Source: Azolla caroliniana (taxonomy: Eukaryota > Plantae > Polypodiophyta). Taken from it: DNA of 64,000 bases. The stretch covers positions 7,254,001 to 7,318,000 of the forward strand of contig JBHGNT010000009.1 in the NCBI GenBank assembly GCA_043228905.1, written 5' to 3'. Below are positions 25,801 to 36,889 of the stretch, piece by piece (positions within the stretch are counted from its first letter, which is position 1; each line of letters opens with the position of its first letter). The position numbers were made by a program, and so were the translations under genes. The notes beneath the pieces were generated by a model. It did no database searches, was not told where the DNA came from, and saw only the letters and a list, made by a program, of their open reading frames with translations.

Positions 25801-28241
25801 GCACAGTAAACTCGAGCCGGATTCCCTTCGAGCGACAGTACTCCTGGAACTGCCCCCGGTATTCCCCTCCGTTATCTGCTCGTATCGTTTTCAGCTTCTT
25901 GCCGGATTCCCTTTCCACTCTCGCGTGGAGTTCTTTGAAGACGGACAATACTTGGTCCTTTGTCTTCAACGGTGCCGTCCACAGCTTCCGGCTGTGGTCA
26001 TCAATGAATGTCACGAAGTACTGGGCTCCGCCATGTGACTTCGTTTCTACTTGACACACATCAGTGTGCACCAACTCCAATGGTGCGCTACGTCTCGTCG
26101 ATGGCCTTGAGTGGAAGGAGGCTCGGTTCTGCTTACCGGCCAGGCAATCGGTGCACTTCTCCAGATGCACATGCTTCACTGGAATAAGGTTGTCTTCTGC
26201 AAGCCTCTTCATCCCCTTCTCACTCATGTGACACAGTCTCTTGTGCCACAGCTCACCGCCAGTATCGGCTGCCACGTTCAGCTCCTCCGGACATAGCCGG
26301 GAATTCATCAGGTACAGAGTGTTGACCTTCCGGGCCCGAGCCACTATCAGGCTCCCTTTGCTGAACTTCATGACACCGTTCCGGATGCTACCCGTGTAGC
26401 CTTCATCGTCTAGCCTCCCGGCCGAAATCAGGTTCAATCGAACCTTCGGAACGTGACGAACATCCTTCAGCAGCATCTTGCATCCGGTTGATGTCATCAG
26501 CCACACGTCTCCTATGCCGGCAATCCGGCATGTACCTTCATTTCCCATCCGGACACAGCCGTGCTCACCGGCTGTGTAGGATGAGAAGTATTTCTTCTCC
26601 GGGGTCAGGTGGAACGACGCTCCGGAATCGACCACCCAGGTCATCTCTTCACCGGCAAGGTTCAGCTCCCTCTCTTCGGTAATGAGCATTATCTCTTCTT
26701 CACTTGCTGCGAGTGCCGTCGTTCCTTTCCGGTCCTGTCCTCGCCGATCCGGACCTCTCCGGTCCGTGGCTCCCCGGTATGCACCGTTTCTCTCCGGTGA
26801 CTTCTTCGAATCGGTGTCGTCGGCTCCGTTGTCCTTTCGGTAATGCCGACAATTCTTCCGGAAGTGCCCCGGCTTCCCACAGTGGAAGCATGTGGGTCTT
26901 CCTCTTGACTGCGACCGGGTCCCCGACTTCTCCCGTCTTTGCGGACTCCGGTTCCATTGTCTTCCCCGTTCCGATTCGGTAAGCAGCGCCTTCGAGTCGG
27001 AGGCCGGTTCTTTATCTCTCCGACGCGCTTCTTCGTTCAAAATACTCGTCTTTACCGTTTGTAGGGACAAGTTATCTTCGGTGCAAGAGGTGCTGAGAGT
27101 CACCACCAAGTTCTCCCAGCTGTCCGGCAATGTACACATCAGAATGATGGCTTGCATTGCATCCTCCAACGGGAACTTGATCGCCGCAAGCTGGTTCACG
27201 AATCCCATGAACGTGCTTACGTGTTCCACCATACTCTCACCGTCCCGGTACTTGAGGTTCACTATCTTTCTCATCAGGGAGGTCCGGTTCAACGCATTCT
27301 TCCTCTCGTAGAGGCCCGACAGCTTCCGCCACATCTCATATGCGTTGGTGTCGTTCGCCACGTGTTGTAGAACACTCACGTCGACGTATTGCCGAATGGT
27401 TGCAACGGCTTTCCGGTTCAGAAGCCTCCATTCCGACTCAAGTACCCCCTTCGGTATTTCCGACCTGTCAATCGGTTCGTACAGATCCCGAACAATCAGA
27501 AGATCCTCCATCTTGATCTTCCAGTCGGCGTAATTCTGCGCATTCAGCACCATCATCCCCGGCTGCCCGCTGCTGCCGCCTTCCATTTTCTGTGTTACCG
27601 TCGCTCTGATACCACTTTGTTGTAATTCCGTGCTCGGCCACAACCGAGGAACAGGATCGATTCACAGAAAAACGGGAAATACAAGAATGCACGAAAAACA
27701 ATAGAGAGAAGGGTACATTGGATGTTTTACGTGGAAAACCCTAAATGGGAAAAACCACGGGAGTGCAAGACTCCAACTATCACTATACGCGGGGAATGTA
27801 CAATGGCGAGCTGCAAGGCGACGACCTTGAGCTCGCTGTCCTCGCCACAGGCGGCGGTATTACACAGAGGCGTCGACCTCTTCCTTCCTCTTTCTCTCTC
27901 ACTCTCTTTCTCGGCTGCTCTCACTTCGCTTCCTCTCAGTGAAAACAGAAAATGAGCAACAACAACAACTGTTTGCCCTAAGTCATATTTATACACATAT
28001 GACTTTCAGGCTATTTACAAATATAGCCTCAAGGGCTCCTGGCGAAAACATATTCACAAATATGTCCCCGCATCCGGATCTCTCTCTCTCCGGGTACATT
28101 CGTCATCCGGCTCCGTAACCGGGGTCTTCAGCATCCGGCTCCGTAACCGGGTACTCTTCACCATACGGTTCCGTAACAGCCTCCGGGCTTGCCGTCATTC
28201 ATCTCCGGACATCCCATCCGGAGGGACCGGAAATCCCAACA
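22843..28241 (-). mobile_element. Element E: young full-length Ty1/Copia (Tnt1/Tork-like)
   Basis: 624-bp LTRs 22843-23466 and 27618-28241 with 4 substitutions seen. TSD GGGCT at 22838-22842 and 28242-28246. PBS-Met 27603-27614; PPT 23467-23476. Confidence 0.98.
23477..27586 (-). CDS. Gag-Pol polyprotein of element E (1369 aa from first ATG)
   Basis: One open frame with CFHCGKPGHFRKNC, WVVDSGAS, LWHKRLCH, LVHTDVC, LNGLAERMNRT, MDVKTAFLHG, LYVDDML, ALSTTEAEY. Confidence 0.97.
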   Translation of the reverse strand: MEGGSSGQPGMMVLNAQNYADWKIKMEDLLIVRDLYEPIDRSEIPKGVLESEWRLLNRKAVATIRQYVDVSVLQHVANDTNAYEMWRKLSGLYERKNALNRTSLMRKIVNLKYRDGESMVEHVSTFMGFVNQLAAIKFPLEDAMQAIILMCTLPDSWENLVVTLSTSCTEDNLSLQTVKTSILNEEARRRDKEPASDSKALLTESERGRQWNRSPQRREKSGTRSQSRGRPTCFHCGKPGHFRKNCRHYRKDNGADDTDSKKSPERNGAYRGATDRRGPDRRGQDRKGTTALAASEEEIMLITEERELNLAGEEMTWVVDSGASFHLTPEKKYFSSYTAGEHGCVRMGNEGTCRIAGIGDVWLMTSTGCKMLLKDVRHVPKVRLNLISAGRLDDEGYTGSIRNGVMKFSKGSLIVARARKVNTLYLMNSRLCPEELNVAADTGGELWHKRLCHMSEKGMKRLAEDNLIPVKHVHLEKCTDCLAGKQNRASFHSRPSTRRSAPLELVHTDVCQVETKSHGGAQYFVTFIDDHSRKLWTAPLKTKDQVLSVFKELHARVERESGKKLKTIRADNGGEYRGQFQEYCRSKGIRLEFTVPKTPELNGLAERMNRTIMERVRSMLAHAKLPKGFWAEAMSTATYVINRSPSVPLDGDTPQRVWTGREVSYRHLKVFGCLAYVHVAKDRRGKLDPKTRPCIFLGYGDDEFGYRVWDPVDKKIFRSRDIIFMEDKTLADWESEKKMKSSKSSGEDQLYEEQSRPAWDRLALEDPAEDGEETEPAEEDETDTGTGPDPEMDSDEEETEEPVTEAPERRYPLRERRAPRRFPEPEHVLLTDEGEPESFEEAKLDTHRRRWLSAMQEEMDSLHENHTYELVELPKGKRALRNKWVFKLKPGDAGNPPRYKARIVVKGFQQKKGVDFDEIFAPVVKMTSIRTVLSIAASMDLEVEQMDVKTAFLHGDLEEEIYMQQPEGFEKKGKEHLVCRLKKSLYGLKQAPRQWYRKFDSFMTDEGYHKTQSDHCVFVKKFEGGDFLILLLYVDDMLIVGRDQVKIRMLKKALHRTFSMKDLGPARQILGMHIIRDRSKKQLWLSQEKYVTKVLKRFNMSEARPVGSTLPVNCKLSNKQSPKTKAEKEDMMKVPYASAVGSLMYAMVCTRPDIGYAVGVVSRYMSNPGKEHWNAVKWILRYLKDTANVCLRFGSGKPELDGFTDSDMSADADTSRSTSGYVMTYAGGAVSWQSRVQKTVALSTTEAEYMAAVEAGKEIIWMKDFIIESVIIWMKDFIRELGIQQEEYRLYCDSQSAIHLAKNAAYHSRTKHIQRRYHWIRERIEDKEFVLTKIHTDENGSDMLTKVLTPDKLEACRKRIGLERHPMPK

Positions 28242-29900
28242 GGGCTTGGTTTATTTCGTGAAGGGACTTCTTCAGATGGCATACCACCGAGGTGTTCTTT
28301 TCGGACTCAAATCCGGGGGGTTGTACAATGTACATCTGTTCCTCAAGTTCTCCTTGCAGGAACGCATTCTTTACATCCATATGATGTAAATGCCACCCCT
28401 TTACTGCGGCCACCACAAGCAAGACACAAACGGTTGTCATCTTCGAGACAGGTGCAAAGGTCTCATCGTAGTCGGTGCCGTGTTGTTGTGTGTATCTCTT
28501 CGCCCCTAACCGAGCCTTGTAGTGGTTGACAGAGCCGTCAGTGTTGTACTTGACCTTGTACACCCACCTGCATCCAATCAACTTTACACCCTTCGGGGCG
28601 TCAACTAGGTCCGAGGTTTCATTTTCCGCTAATGCATGCATCTCTTCCTCCATTGCGGCACGCCAAGTTGCGTCCTTCGCCACTTCTACATAGCTCTCCA
28701 GCTCATGCACTTCCGTCACTCGCGTTGTGTACACGTAATATTGTGCCATGTACTCATTGTATCTGAATCGCACCACGGGGTTCTTTTGGTGGGTGGATCA
28801 GCGTAATTGCTCATTAGCCGATTTTGAGGCCCCCTTGACCGACGCGGACTTCGTTTCCGAAGGTCCACCTTCGTTCTTCTCTGAGTCGGATTTTCTTCAA
28901 TCCAACTCGTCTTTATCAATGTCGTTGTCGCGGTAATCCGCGGGTATGTGTCGACATGGGCGGGACCACAGAGATCTCGGACGAGGAAAAGATGGGTGTC
29001 GAGAAGCCGATATCTCTCCGGTTCCGGCTGTACTGGTTGTGGCGCAAATTGGAACGATTCTGGATGCGTACTGGCGGCTACCGAACACGAGAGAGGGAGA
29101 GGAGAGATACCACGTTGTCGTAGTGTAGGTTGCACACTATGTGGAAATTATATTTTTGTCCCTCCGGATAGAGAATGGAGTGCTTGGTGAGAACCGGAAG
29201 AAAACGGCATACCGGCAAGGAAGAAAACGGCATACCGGCAAGGAAGAGCCGGATAAAGAGACATAAATGTAAAATAAAGGAAATACTCACTATTGCGCAG
29301 GGCGTGATTCGAACTCTGCACCTCCACGTTGACAAACCCCAACCTTACCATTACATTAACTTATCTTAAGTGTTTTAAATATAGATTTAATACGTATAAG
29401 ACCTTTATTTATGCATACCTTTATTAAAAGGTAAATCGTGTATTTTTTTAATATATGAAAAAGAAAAAACACGAGACACTAAAAATAACTCATGCACATC
29501 TAGCGTGCATGAGCCCTATACTTAGGAAATAAAAAAAAAGCATCACATGCACATTTAGTGTGCATGAACATATTAGAAAAAGCATGTAGCTATGCTTAGT
29601 CTCTCCCATCACTATATAAGGACGGGGAGCACATTGTAGTTGTTGTTGATTATTTGGATTAAGTATTAATCAATACAAAAATTATTCGTGGGATTCACGA
29701 TTTATACATCTACTTCTCTCTTAACACCCTAAGTACCAATTAATATAGTATACTCGTGTGATTCACGAGTTTCTTATCTTTCTCTTTGCTATTTACTCAT
29801 TATTAATCTCTATCTCACGAACTTCTTTCTCCTAGTCCAAGACCTCTGTGGTTCCCACCCGACTCACGCAACGATCCGGAGCCGAAAGGCACGACACAGT

Positions 29901-29918
29901 TGGTGAACCCGACGTGAA
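29901..29918 (+). promoter_or_regulatory. Primer-binding site complementary to tRNA-Trp 3' end
   Basis: tggtgaacccgacgtgaa is the reverse complement of TTCACGTCGGGTTCA-CCA, the 3' end of plant cytosolic tRNA-Trp as I recall it; 4 nt after the LTR. Confidence 0.88.
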
Positions 29919-29934
29919 GACGGGTGGCAAGGAG

Positions 29935-31317
29935 ATGGAGGCTCAACAAGCTAACAATATGATGGCGATGTTCGAACGGATGCTTCAAGAACAACGCACG
30001 ATGTCGGAGATTTCGGCATCAGTAGAGCGGCTCGTGCAACGCAACGGGCAATTTAATGGTAAGGATGTGTCGCGATATTTGCAGGACTACAAGGCAGAGA
30101 TGCTCCGGTGCCGGGCTTCGGAAGGACTGCAAGTGACATCCTTTAACCGGGTGGCGACCGACGGGCTTCAAGGGAGTATCCACGGGTTGCAACAACAAAA
30201 TCCGACGTGGGTAGCATTCGAAGAGGCGTTAAAGACCACGTTTGCCATCGAGGACTCCTCCAAGGCAACGCGGAGGGGATTCGAGGATTGGGTGGAAACG
30301 TCAGGTAAGGGGCTGAAGGTCCTCGAAGTGTTTTCGACATTCGAAAGTCGGTTCGGGAGGTTGTCCGCGAGAGATCAAACTATTCTTGCACCGGACAAAG
30401 TCATCATGTTTTTGCGAGCTGTGGACGTCCGGGACCGGAAAGATCTCGGAGTGCTTCTTGAGGACACGACCACCGAAAGCGGCCTCACCGAAACATGGGA
30501 AAGCGTGCGGGATATCGTCGCGCGGTACACGAAGAGGGGGCAATGGCTTGCCAACAAAGAAAAGAGGGTTTCGGAACCGATTCCGAAACCGAGAACGGGA
30601 CTGGAAGACCATCAACCGAGGGCTCGGGAGATTACGGCCGAAAAGGGAGTCGACGCGTCTACGGTGGAGCAGCTGCTGAAGGAGATGGAGAATCTAAAGA
30701 TCGCGATGGTGAAGAAGTCAGATGACCGCCCCACAAGCTCCAAATATACGGATCGACGGTGCATATGGTGCGATAGCGCCGAACACGATCGGAGGGATTG
30801 CGACGACCATAAGGAGGCGCTACGACGGGATCTCATCTACTACGAGGGAAACCGGATTCATTCGATGGACTCTCGGAAGCCACTCCGACCGAACTTCCGG
30901 AAAGGCGGCATGAAGAAGGTGCTCGAGGAGGAGTTAGCGGCAAGAAGCAACTATGCGACAACCGCGGGAATATGTGTCGGGGAGTCAACGGGAGCAAAGG
31001 CGTCTTTCTGGCCGGAGGTGCTAGGAAACACCGAGAAAACCGACTCCAACGATATCCGAAACACCGCGGAAGGCGTCCGGGAAGCTACGGGATGGGAGTG
31101 CCTTGTCGACAAGAATAGCATATACGCCCTGTGTCAAATACATGAGGTGTATGTGGACGAGAAACGACGGCGCACGGAGGATGCGGCCGGACCATCGAAG
31201 ATACCGGAAAGCTGGAACTCCGGAGGTAAGGGAAAAGAAAAGGCGACTCCGGCATTCAAGCTCGCCTCGGACATAGAACAACAAACCTACTTGAAAAGAG
31301 TGTTCGAGGAAAGAATC
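29935..31317 (+). CDS. G gag, part 1 of the gag-protease ORF (cut by element I)
   Basis: Open frame from MEAQQ with zinc knuckle CIWCDSAEHDRRDC; joins 36890 in frame (EERI|LDSR) after removing I and one GAATC. Confidence 0.9.
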
Positions 31318-31789
31318 TGTTGAGAATCGATGCTCCGATTAACCTTCACCGCTCGGCCACAACCGAGTAGTCGCGAATCAATGCAGCAGAAAATAGGAAA
31401 CACCGAGAAAGACACGATAACACAGGGATTAACGTGGAAAACCCTATACGGGAAAAACCACGGGAGTGCAAGACTCCAAACCAAAACTATGCACAGAGAA
31501 ATATACAATGGCGAGCTGCAAGGCAACGACCTTGAGCTCGCTGTCCTCGCCACAGGCGGCGGTATTACACAGAGGCAACGACCTCTTCGTCTTTCTCTCT
31601 CTCTCTCTCGGCTGCTCTCTTCACTCTCTCTAAGTGAGAACAGAAAATGAGCAACAACATCATCTGTTTGCCCTAAGTCATATTTATACACATATGACTT
31701 TCGAGCTATTTACAAATATAGCCTCAAGGGCCCTTGGCAAACATATTCACAAATATGTCCCCGCATCCGGATCTCTCTCCGGGTACATT

Positions 31790-31995
31790 CGTCATCCGGC
31801 TCCGTAACCGGGGTCTTCATCATCCGGCTCCGTAGCCGGGGTCTTCATCATCCGGCTCCGTAACCGGGGTCTTCATCATCCGGCTCCGTAGCCGGGTCTT
31901 CGTCATCCGGCTCCGTAACCGGGGTCTTCATCATCCGGCTCCGTAGCCGGGGTCTTCATCATCCGGCTCCGTAGCCGGGTCTTCGTCATCCGGAC
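31790..31995. repeat. 27-28-bp tandem repeat in the 3' LTR of I (7 units)
   Basis: Unit c(a/g)tcatccggctccgta(a/g)ccgg(g)gtctt. Confidence 0.93.
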
Positions 31996-32035
31996 ATCCC
32001 ATCCGGAGGGACCGAAATCCCAACAAACTCCCCCT

Positions 32036-35000
32036 TCACTTCGGCATGGGATGTCTCTCCAATCCGATTCTCTTCCGGCATGCTTCCAGCTTGTCGGGTG
32101 TGAGCACTTTGGTCAGCATATCTGAGCCGTTTTCGTCCGTGTGGATCTTCGTCAGCACGAACTCCTGGTCTTCTATCCTTTCCCAGATCCAGTGATATCT
32201 TCGCTGGATGTGCTTCGTCCGGGAGTGATAGGCCGCGTTCTTCGCAAGGTGGATGGCACTCTGACTGTCGCAGTAGAGTCGGTACTCCTCCTGTCGGATA
32301 CCGAGCTCTCTAATGAAGTCCTTCATCCATATTATTTCCTTGCCGGCTTCAACAGCCGCCATGTACTCCGCCTCCGTGGTTGACAATGCAACCGTCTTCT
32401 GCAGCCTCGACTGCCAGGAAACAGCTCCCCCTGCATACGTCATCACATACCCTGATGTGGACCGGCTGGTATCTGCATCAGCCGACATATCCGAATCGGT
32501 GAAGCCGTCGAGTTCGGGCTTACCGGATCCGAATCGGAGGCACACGTTTGCCGTGCCCTTCAGGTATCGGAGTATCCACTTGGCCGCGTTCCAATGCTCT
32601 TTGCCGGGATTGCTCATGTACCGGCTCACCACTCCGACTGCATATCCTATGTCCGGTCGGGTACACACCATTGCGTACATCAAGCTCCCGACGGCAGAGG
32701 CATATGGTACTTTCATCATGTCCTCCTTCTCAGCCTTTGTCTTGGGGCTTTGCTTGCTGGACAGCTTGCAGTTTGTCGGGAGTGTTGACCCGACTGGTCT
32801 TGCTTCCGACATGTTGAACCGGTGAAGCACCTTTGTCACGTACTTCTCCTGTGACAGCCACAACTGCTTCTTCTTCCGGTCTCGGATGATGTGCATCCCT
32901 AGTATTTGCCTCGCCGGACCCAGGTCCTTCATTGAGAAGGTTCGGTGAAGTGCTTTCTTCAGCATCCGTATCTTGACCTGGTCCCGTCCGACGATCAACA
33001 TGTCGTCCACGTACAGGAGGAGTATTAGAAAGTCTCCTCCTTCGAACTTCTTCACAAACACGCAGTGGTCGGACTGCGTTTTGCGGTACCCTTCGTCGGT
33101 CATGAAAGAGTCGAACTTCCGGTACCATTGCGGGGGAGCCTGCTTCAGTCCGTAAAGGCTCTTCTTCAACCGGCATACCAGGTGCTCCTTCCCTTTCTTC
33201 TCGAATCCTTCCAGTTGCTGCATGTAGATCTCTTCTTCGAGGTCACCGTGAAGGAATGCCGTCTTCACGTCCATCTGTTCTACCTCGAGGTCCATGCTCG
33301 CCGCTATGCTCAGCACCGTTCGGATGGAGGTCATCTTCACTACCGGGGCAAATATCTCGTCGAAGTCGACGCCCTTCTTCTGCTGAAACCCCTTTACCAC
33401 GATCCTGGCTTTGTATCTCGGGGGGTTCCCGGCATCTCCCGGTTTCAGCTTGAACACCCACTTGTTTCGTAGTGCCCGCTTTCCTTTCGGCAACACCACA
33501 AGTTCATATGTGTGGTTCTCATGCAGGGAATCCATCTCGTCCTGCATGGCACTCAACCACCTGCGGCTCTGGGTGTCATGCTTTGCTTCTTCAAAGCTCT
33601 CCGGCTCCCCCTCGTCGGTTAGCAGCACGTGCTCTGGTTCCGGAAATCTCCGGGGAGGATATCTCCGTTCCGGAGCTTCGGTAACCGGTTCTTCCGATTC
33701 TTCTTCATCCGAATCCATTTCGGGATCAGGGCCGGTTCCGGTATCATTTTCATCTTCTTCGGCCGGTTCTGTTTCTTCACCGTCTTCGGCCGGATCCTCG
33801 AGTGCTAACCGGTCCCTTGCCGGTCGGGACTGCTCCTCGTAGAGTTGATTCTCACTGGTCGACTTGGAGCTCTTCATCTTCTTCTCCGACTCCCAGTCGG
33901 CGAGTGTCTTGTCCTCCATGAAGATGATATCACGACTCCTGAATATCTTCTTGTCGACCGGGTCCCATACTCGGTAGCCGAACTCGTCGTCGCCGTAACC
34001 GAGGAATATGCATGGCCGGGTCTTTGGATCTAGCTTTCCTCTCCGGTCCTTTGCCACATGCACATATGCGAGACACCCGAACACCTTCAGATGCCGGTAG
34101 GACACTTCCTTACCGGTCCACACTTTTTGCGGCGTGTCTCCGTCCAAAGGTACTGAGGGTGATCTGTTTATCACGTATGTCGCCGTCGACATTGCCTCAG
34201 CCCAGAACCCCTTGGGTAATTTCGCATGCGCCAGCATACTCCGGACCCTCTCCATTATGGTCCGGTTCATCCTCTCGGCTAGCCCGTTCAGTTCCGGCGT
34301 CTTCGGCACAGTAAACTCGAGTCGGATTCCCTTCGAGCGACAGTACTCCTGGAACTGCCCCCGGTATTCCCCTCCGTTATCCGCTCGTATCGCTTTCAGC
34401 TTCTTGCCGGATTCCCTTTCCACTCTCGCGTGGAGTTCTTTGAAGACGCCCAACACTTGGTCCTTTGTCTTCAACGGCGCCGTCCACAGCTTTCGGCTGT
34501 GGTCATCAATGAATGTCACGAAGTATTGGGCTCCGCCATGTGACTTCGTTTCTACTTGACACACGTCAGTGTGCACCAGCTCCAATGGTGCACTACGTCT
34601 CGTCGGTGGCCTTGAGTGGAAGGAGGTCCGGTTTTGCTTACCGGCCAGGCAGTCGGTGCACTTCTCCAGGTGCACATGCTTCACTGGAATAAGGTTGTCT
34701 TCTGCAAGCCTCTTCATCCCCTTCTCACTCATGTGGCACAGTCTCTTGGGCCACAGCTCACCGGCAGTGTCGGCTGCCACGTTCAGCTCCTCCGGACATA
34801 GCCGGGAATTCATCAGGTACAGTGTGTTGAACTTCCGGGCCCGAGCCACTATCAAGCTCCCCTTGCTGAACTTCATTTCGCCGCTCCGGATGCTACCTGT
34901 GTAGCCTTCATCGTCTAGCCTCCCGGCCGAAATCAGATTCAGTCGAACCTCCGGAACGTGTCGGACATCCTTCAGCAGCATTTTGCATCCGGTTGATGTC

Positions 35001-36091
35001 ATCAGCCACACGTCTCCTATGCCGGCAATCCGGCACGTACCTTCATTTCCCATCCGGACACAGCCATGCTCACCGGCTGTGTAGGATGAGAAGTATCTTC
35101 TCTCCGGGGTCAGGTGGAACGATGCTCCGGAATCGACCACCCAGGTCGTCTCATCGCCGGCAACGTTTAGTTCACCTTCTTCGGTGATGAGCATGATTTC
35201 TTCCTCACTTGCCGCGAGTGCCGTTGTTCCTTTCCGGTCCTGCCCTCGCCGATCCGAACCTCTTCGGTCCGTGGCTCCCCGGTATGCACCGTTTCTCTCC
35301 GGTGACTTCTTCGAATCGGTGTCGACGGCTCCGTTGTCTTTTCGGTAATGCCGACAATTCTTTCGGAAGTGCCCCGGCTTCCCACAGTGGAAGCATGTGG
35401 GCCTTCCTCTTGACTGCGACCGGGTCCCCGACTTCTCCCGTCTTTGCGGACTCCGGTTCCATTGTCTTCCCCGTTCCGATTCGGTAAGCAGCGCCTTCGA
35501 GTCGGAGGCCGGTTCTTTATCTCTCCGACGCGCTTCTTCATTCAAAATACTTGTCTTTACCGTTTGTAGAGACAAGTTATCTTCGGTGCAGGAGGTGCTG
35601 AGGGTCACCACCAAGTTCTCCCAGCTTTCCGGCAATGTACACATCAGAATGATGGCTTGCATTGCATCCTCCAACGGGAACTTGATCGCCGCAAGCTGGT
35701 TCACGAATCCCATGAACGTGCTTACGTGTTCGACCATGCTCTCGCCGTCCCGGTACTTAAGATTCACTATCTTCCTCATCAGGGAGGTCCGGTTCAGCGC
35801 ATTCTTCCTCTCATACAGTCCGGACAGCTTCCGCCACATCTCATAGGCGTTCGTATCGTTCGCCACATGTTGCAGGACACTTACATCGACATATTGCCGG
35901 ATCGTCACTACGGCTTTCCGGTTCAGAAGCTTCCATTCCGACTCAAGTACTCCCTTCGGTATTTCCGACCTGTCAATCGGTTCGTACAGGTCCCGAACAA
36001 TTAGAAGATCTTCCATCTTGATCTTCCAGTCGGCGTAGTTCTGAGCATTCAGCACCATCATGCCCGGAGGCCCACTACCGCCGCCTTCCAT
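32036..36091 (-). CDS. Gag-Pol polyprotein of element I (1351 aa)
   Basis: One open frame nearly identical to E, with the same Copia motifs and a few non-conservative changes (LWPKRL, QAPPQW). Confidence 0.96.
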   Translation of the reverse strand: MEGGGSGPPGMMVLNAQNYADWKIKMEDLLIVRDLYEPIDRSEIPKGVLESEWKLLNRKAVVTIRQYVDVSVLQHVANDTNAYEMWRKLSGLYERKNALNRTSLMRKIVNLKYRDGESMVEHVSTFMGFVNQLAAIKFPLEDAMQAIILMCTLPESWENLVVTLSTSCTEDNLSLQTVKTSILNEEARRRDKEPASDSKALLTESERGRQWNRSPQRREKSGTRSQSRGRPTCFHCGKPGHFRKNCRHYRKDNGAVDTDSKKSPERNGAYRGATDRRGSDRRGQDRKGTTALAASEEEIMLITEEGELNVAGDETTWVVDSGASFHLTPERRYFSSYTAGEHGCVRMGNEGTCRIAGIGDVWLMTSTGCKMLLKDVRHVPEVRLNLISAGRLDDEGYTGSIRSGEMKFSKGSLIVARARKFNTLYLMNSRLCPEELNVAADTAGELWPKRLCHMSEKGMKRLAEDNLIPVKHVHLEKCTDCLAGKQNRTSFHSRPPTRRSAPLELVHTDVCQVETKSHGGAQYFVTFIDDHSRKLWTAPLKTKDQVLGVFKELHARVERESGKKLKAIRADNGGEYRGQFQEYCRSKGIRLEFTVPKTPELNGLAERMNRTIMERVRSMLAHAKLPKGFWAEAMSTATYVINRSPSVPLDGDTPQKVWTGKEVSYRHLKVFGCLAYVHVAKDRRGKLDPKTRPCIFLGYGDDEFGYRVWDPVDKKIFRSRDIIFMEDKTLADWESEKKMKSSKSTSENQLYEEQSRPARDRLALEDPAEDGEETEPAEEDENDTGTGPDPEMDSDEEESEEPVTEAPERRYPPRRFPEPEHVLLTDEGEPESFEEAKHDTQSRRWLSAMQDEMDSLHENHTYELVVLPKGKRALRNKWVFKLKPGDAGNPPRYKARIVVKGFQQKKGVDFDEIFAPVVKMTSIRTVLSIAASMDLEVEQMDVKTAFLHGDLEEEIYMQQLEGFEKKGKEHLVCRLKKSLYGLKQAPPQWYRKFDSFMTDEGYRKTQSDHCVFVKKFEGGDFLILLLYVDDMLIVGRDQVKIRMLKKALHRTFSMKDLGPARQILGMHIIRDRKKKQLWLSQEKYVTKVLHRFNMSEARPVGSTLPTNCKLSSKQSPKTKAEKEDMMKVPYASAVGSLMYAMVCTRPDIGYAVGVVSRYMSNPGKEHWNAAKWILRYLKGTANVCLRFGSGKPELDGFTDSDMSADADTSRSTSGYVMTYAGGAVSWQSRLQKTVALSTTEAEYMAAVEAGKEIIWMKDFIRELGIRQEEYRLYCDSQSAIHLAKNAAYHSRTKHIQRRYHWIWERIEDQEFVLTKIHTDENGSDMLTKVLTPDKLEACRKRIGLERHPMPK

Positions 36092-36594
36092 TTTCTGTGT
36101 TAACGTCGCTCTGATACCACTTGTTGAGAATCGATGCTCCGATTAACCTTCACCGCTCGGCCACAACCGAGTAGTCGCGAATCAATGCAGCAGAAAATAG
36201 GAAACACCGAGAAAGACACGATAACACAGGGATTAACGTGGAAAACCCTATACGGGAAAAACCACGGGAGTGCAAGACTCCAAACCAAAACTATGCACAG
36301 AGAAATATACAATGGCGAGCTGCAAGGCAACGACCTTGAGCTCGCTGTCCTCGCCACAGGCGGCGGTATTACACAGAGGCAACGACCTCTTCGTCTTTCT
36401 CTCTCTCTCTCTCGGCTGCTCTCTTCACTCTCTCTAAGTGAGAACAGAAAATGAGCAACAACATCATCTGTTTGCCCTAAGTCATATTTATACACATATG
36501 ACTTTCGAGCTATTTACAAATATAACCTCAAGGGCCCTTGGCAAACATATTCACAAATATGTCCCCGCATCCGGATCTCTCTCCGGGTACATTC

Positions 36595-36855
36595 GTCATC
36601 CGGCTCCGTAACCGGGGTCTTCATCATCCGGCTCCGTAGCCGGGGTCTTCATCATCCGGCTCCGTAACCGGGGTCTTCATCATCCGGCTCCGTAGCCGGG
36701 TCTTCGTCATCCGGCTCCGTAGCCGGGGTCTTCATCATCCGGCTCCGTAGCCGGGGTCTTCATCATCCGGCTCCGTAGCCGGGTCTTCGTCATCCGGCTC
36801 CGTAACCGGGGTCTTCATCATCCGGCTCCGTAGCCGGGTCTTCGTCATCCGGACA
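36595..36855. repeat. 27-28-bp tandem repeat in the 5' LTR of I (9 units)
   Basis: Same unit as 31790-31995; two extra copies account for the 55-bp LTR length difference. Confidence 0.93.
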
Positions 36856-36889
36856 TCCCATCCGGAGGGACCGAAATCCCAACAGAATC

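Larger units (their letters stand above)
31318..36884 (-). mobile_element. Element I: young full-length Ty1/Copia, sister of E
   Basis: LTRs 31318-32025 and 36122-36884. TSD GAATC at 31313-31317 and 36885-36889. PBS-Met 36108-36119; PPT 32026-32035. Confidence 0.98.

Noticed and set aside
27587-27643. N-terminal extension MWPSTELQQ... of the E ORF in the track
   Set aside because: Starts at a non-ATG codon inside the LTR/PBS; the first ATG is 27586, matching the start of I.
23414-27701. Many antisense and alternative-frame ORFs over E, I, G and K
   Set aside because: Shadows of GC-rich polyprotein genes with no independent motifs.
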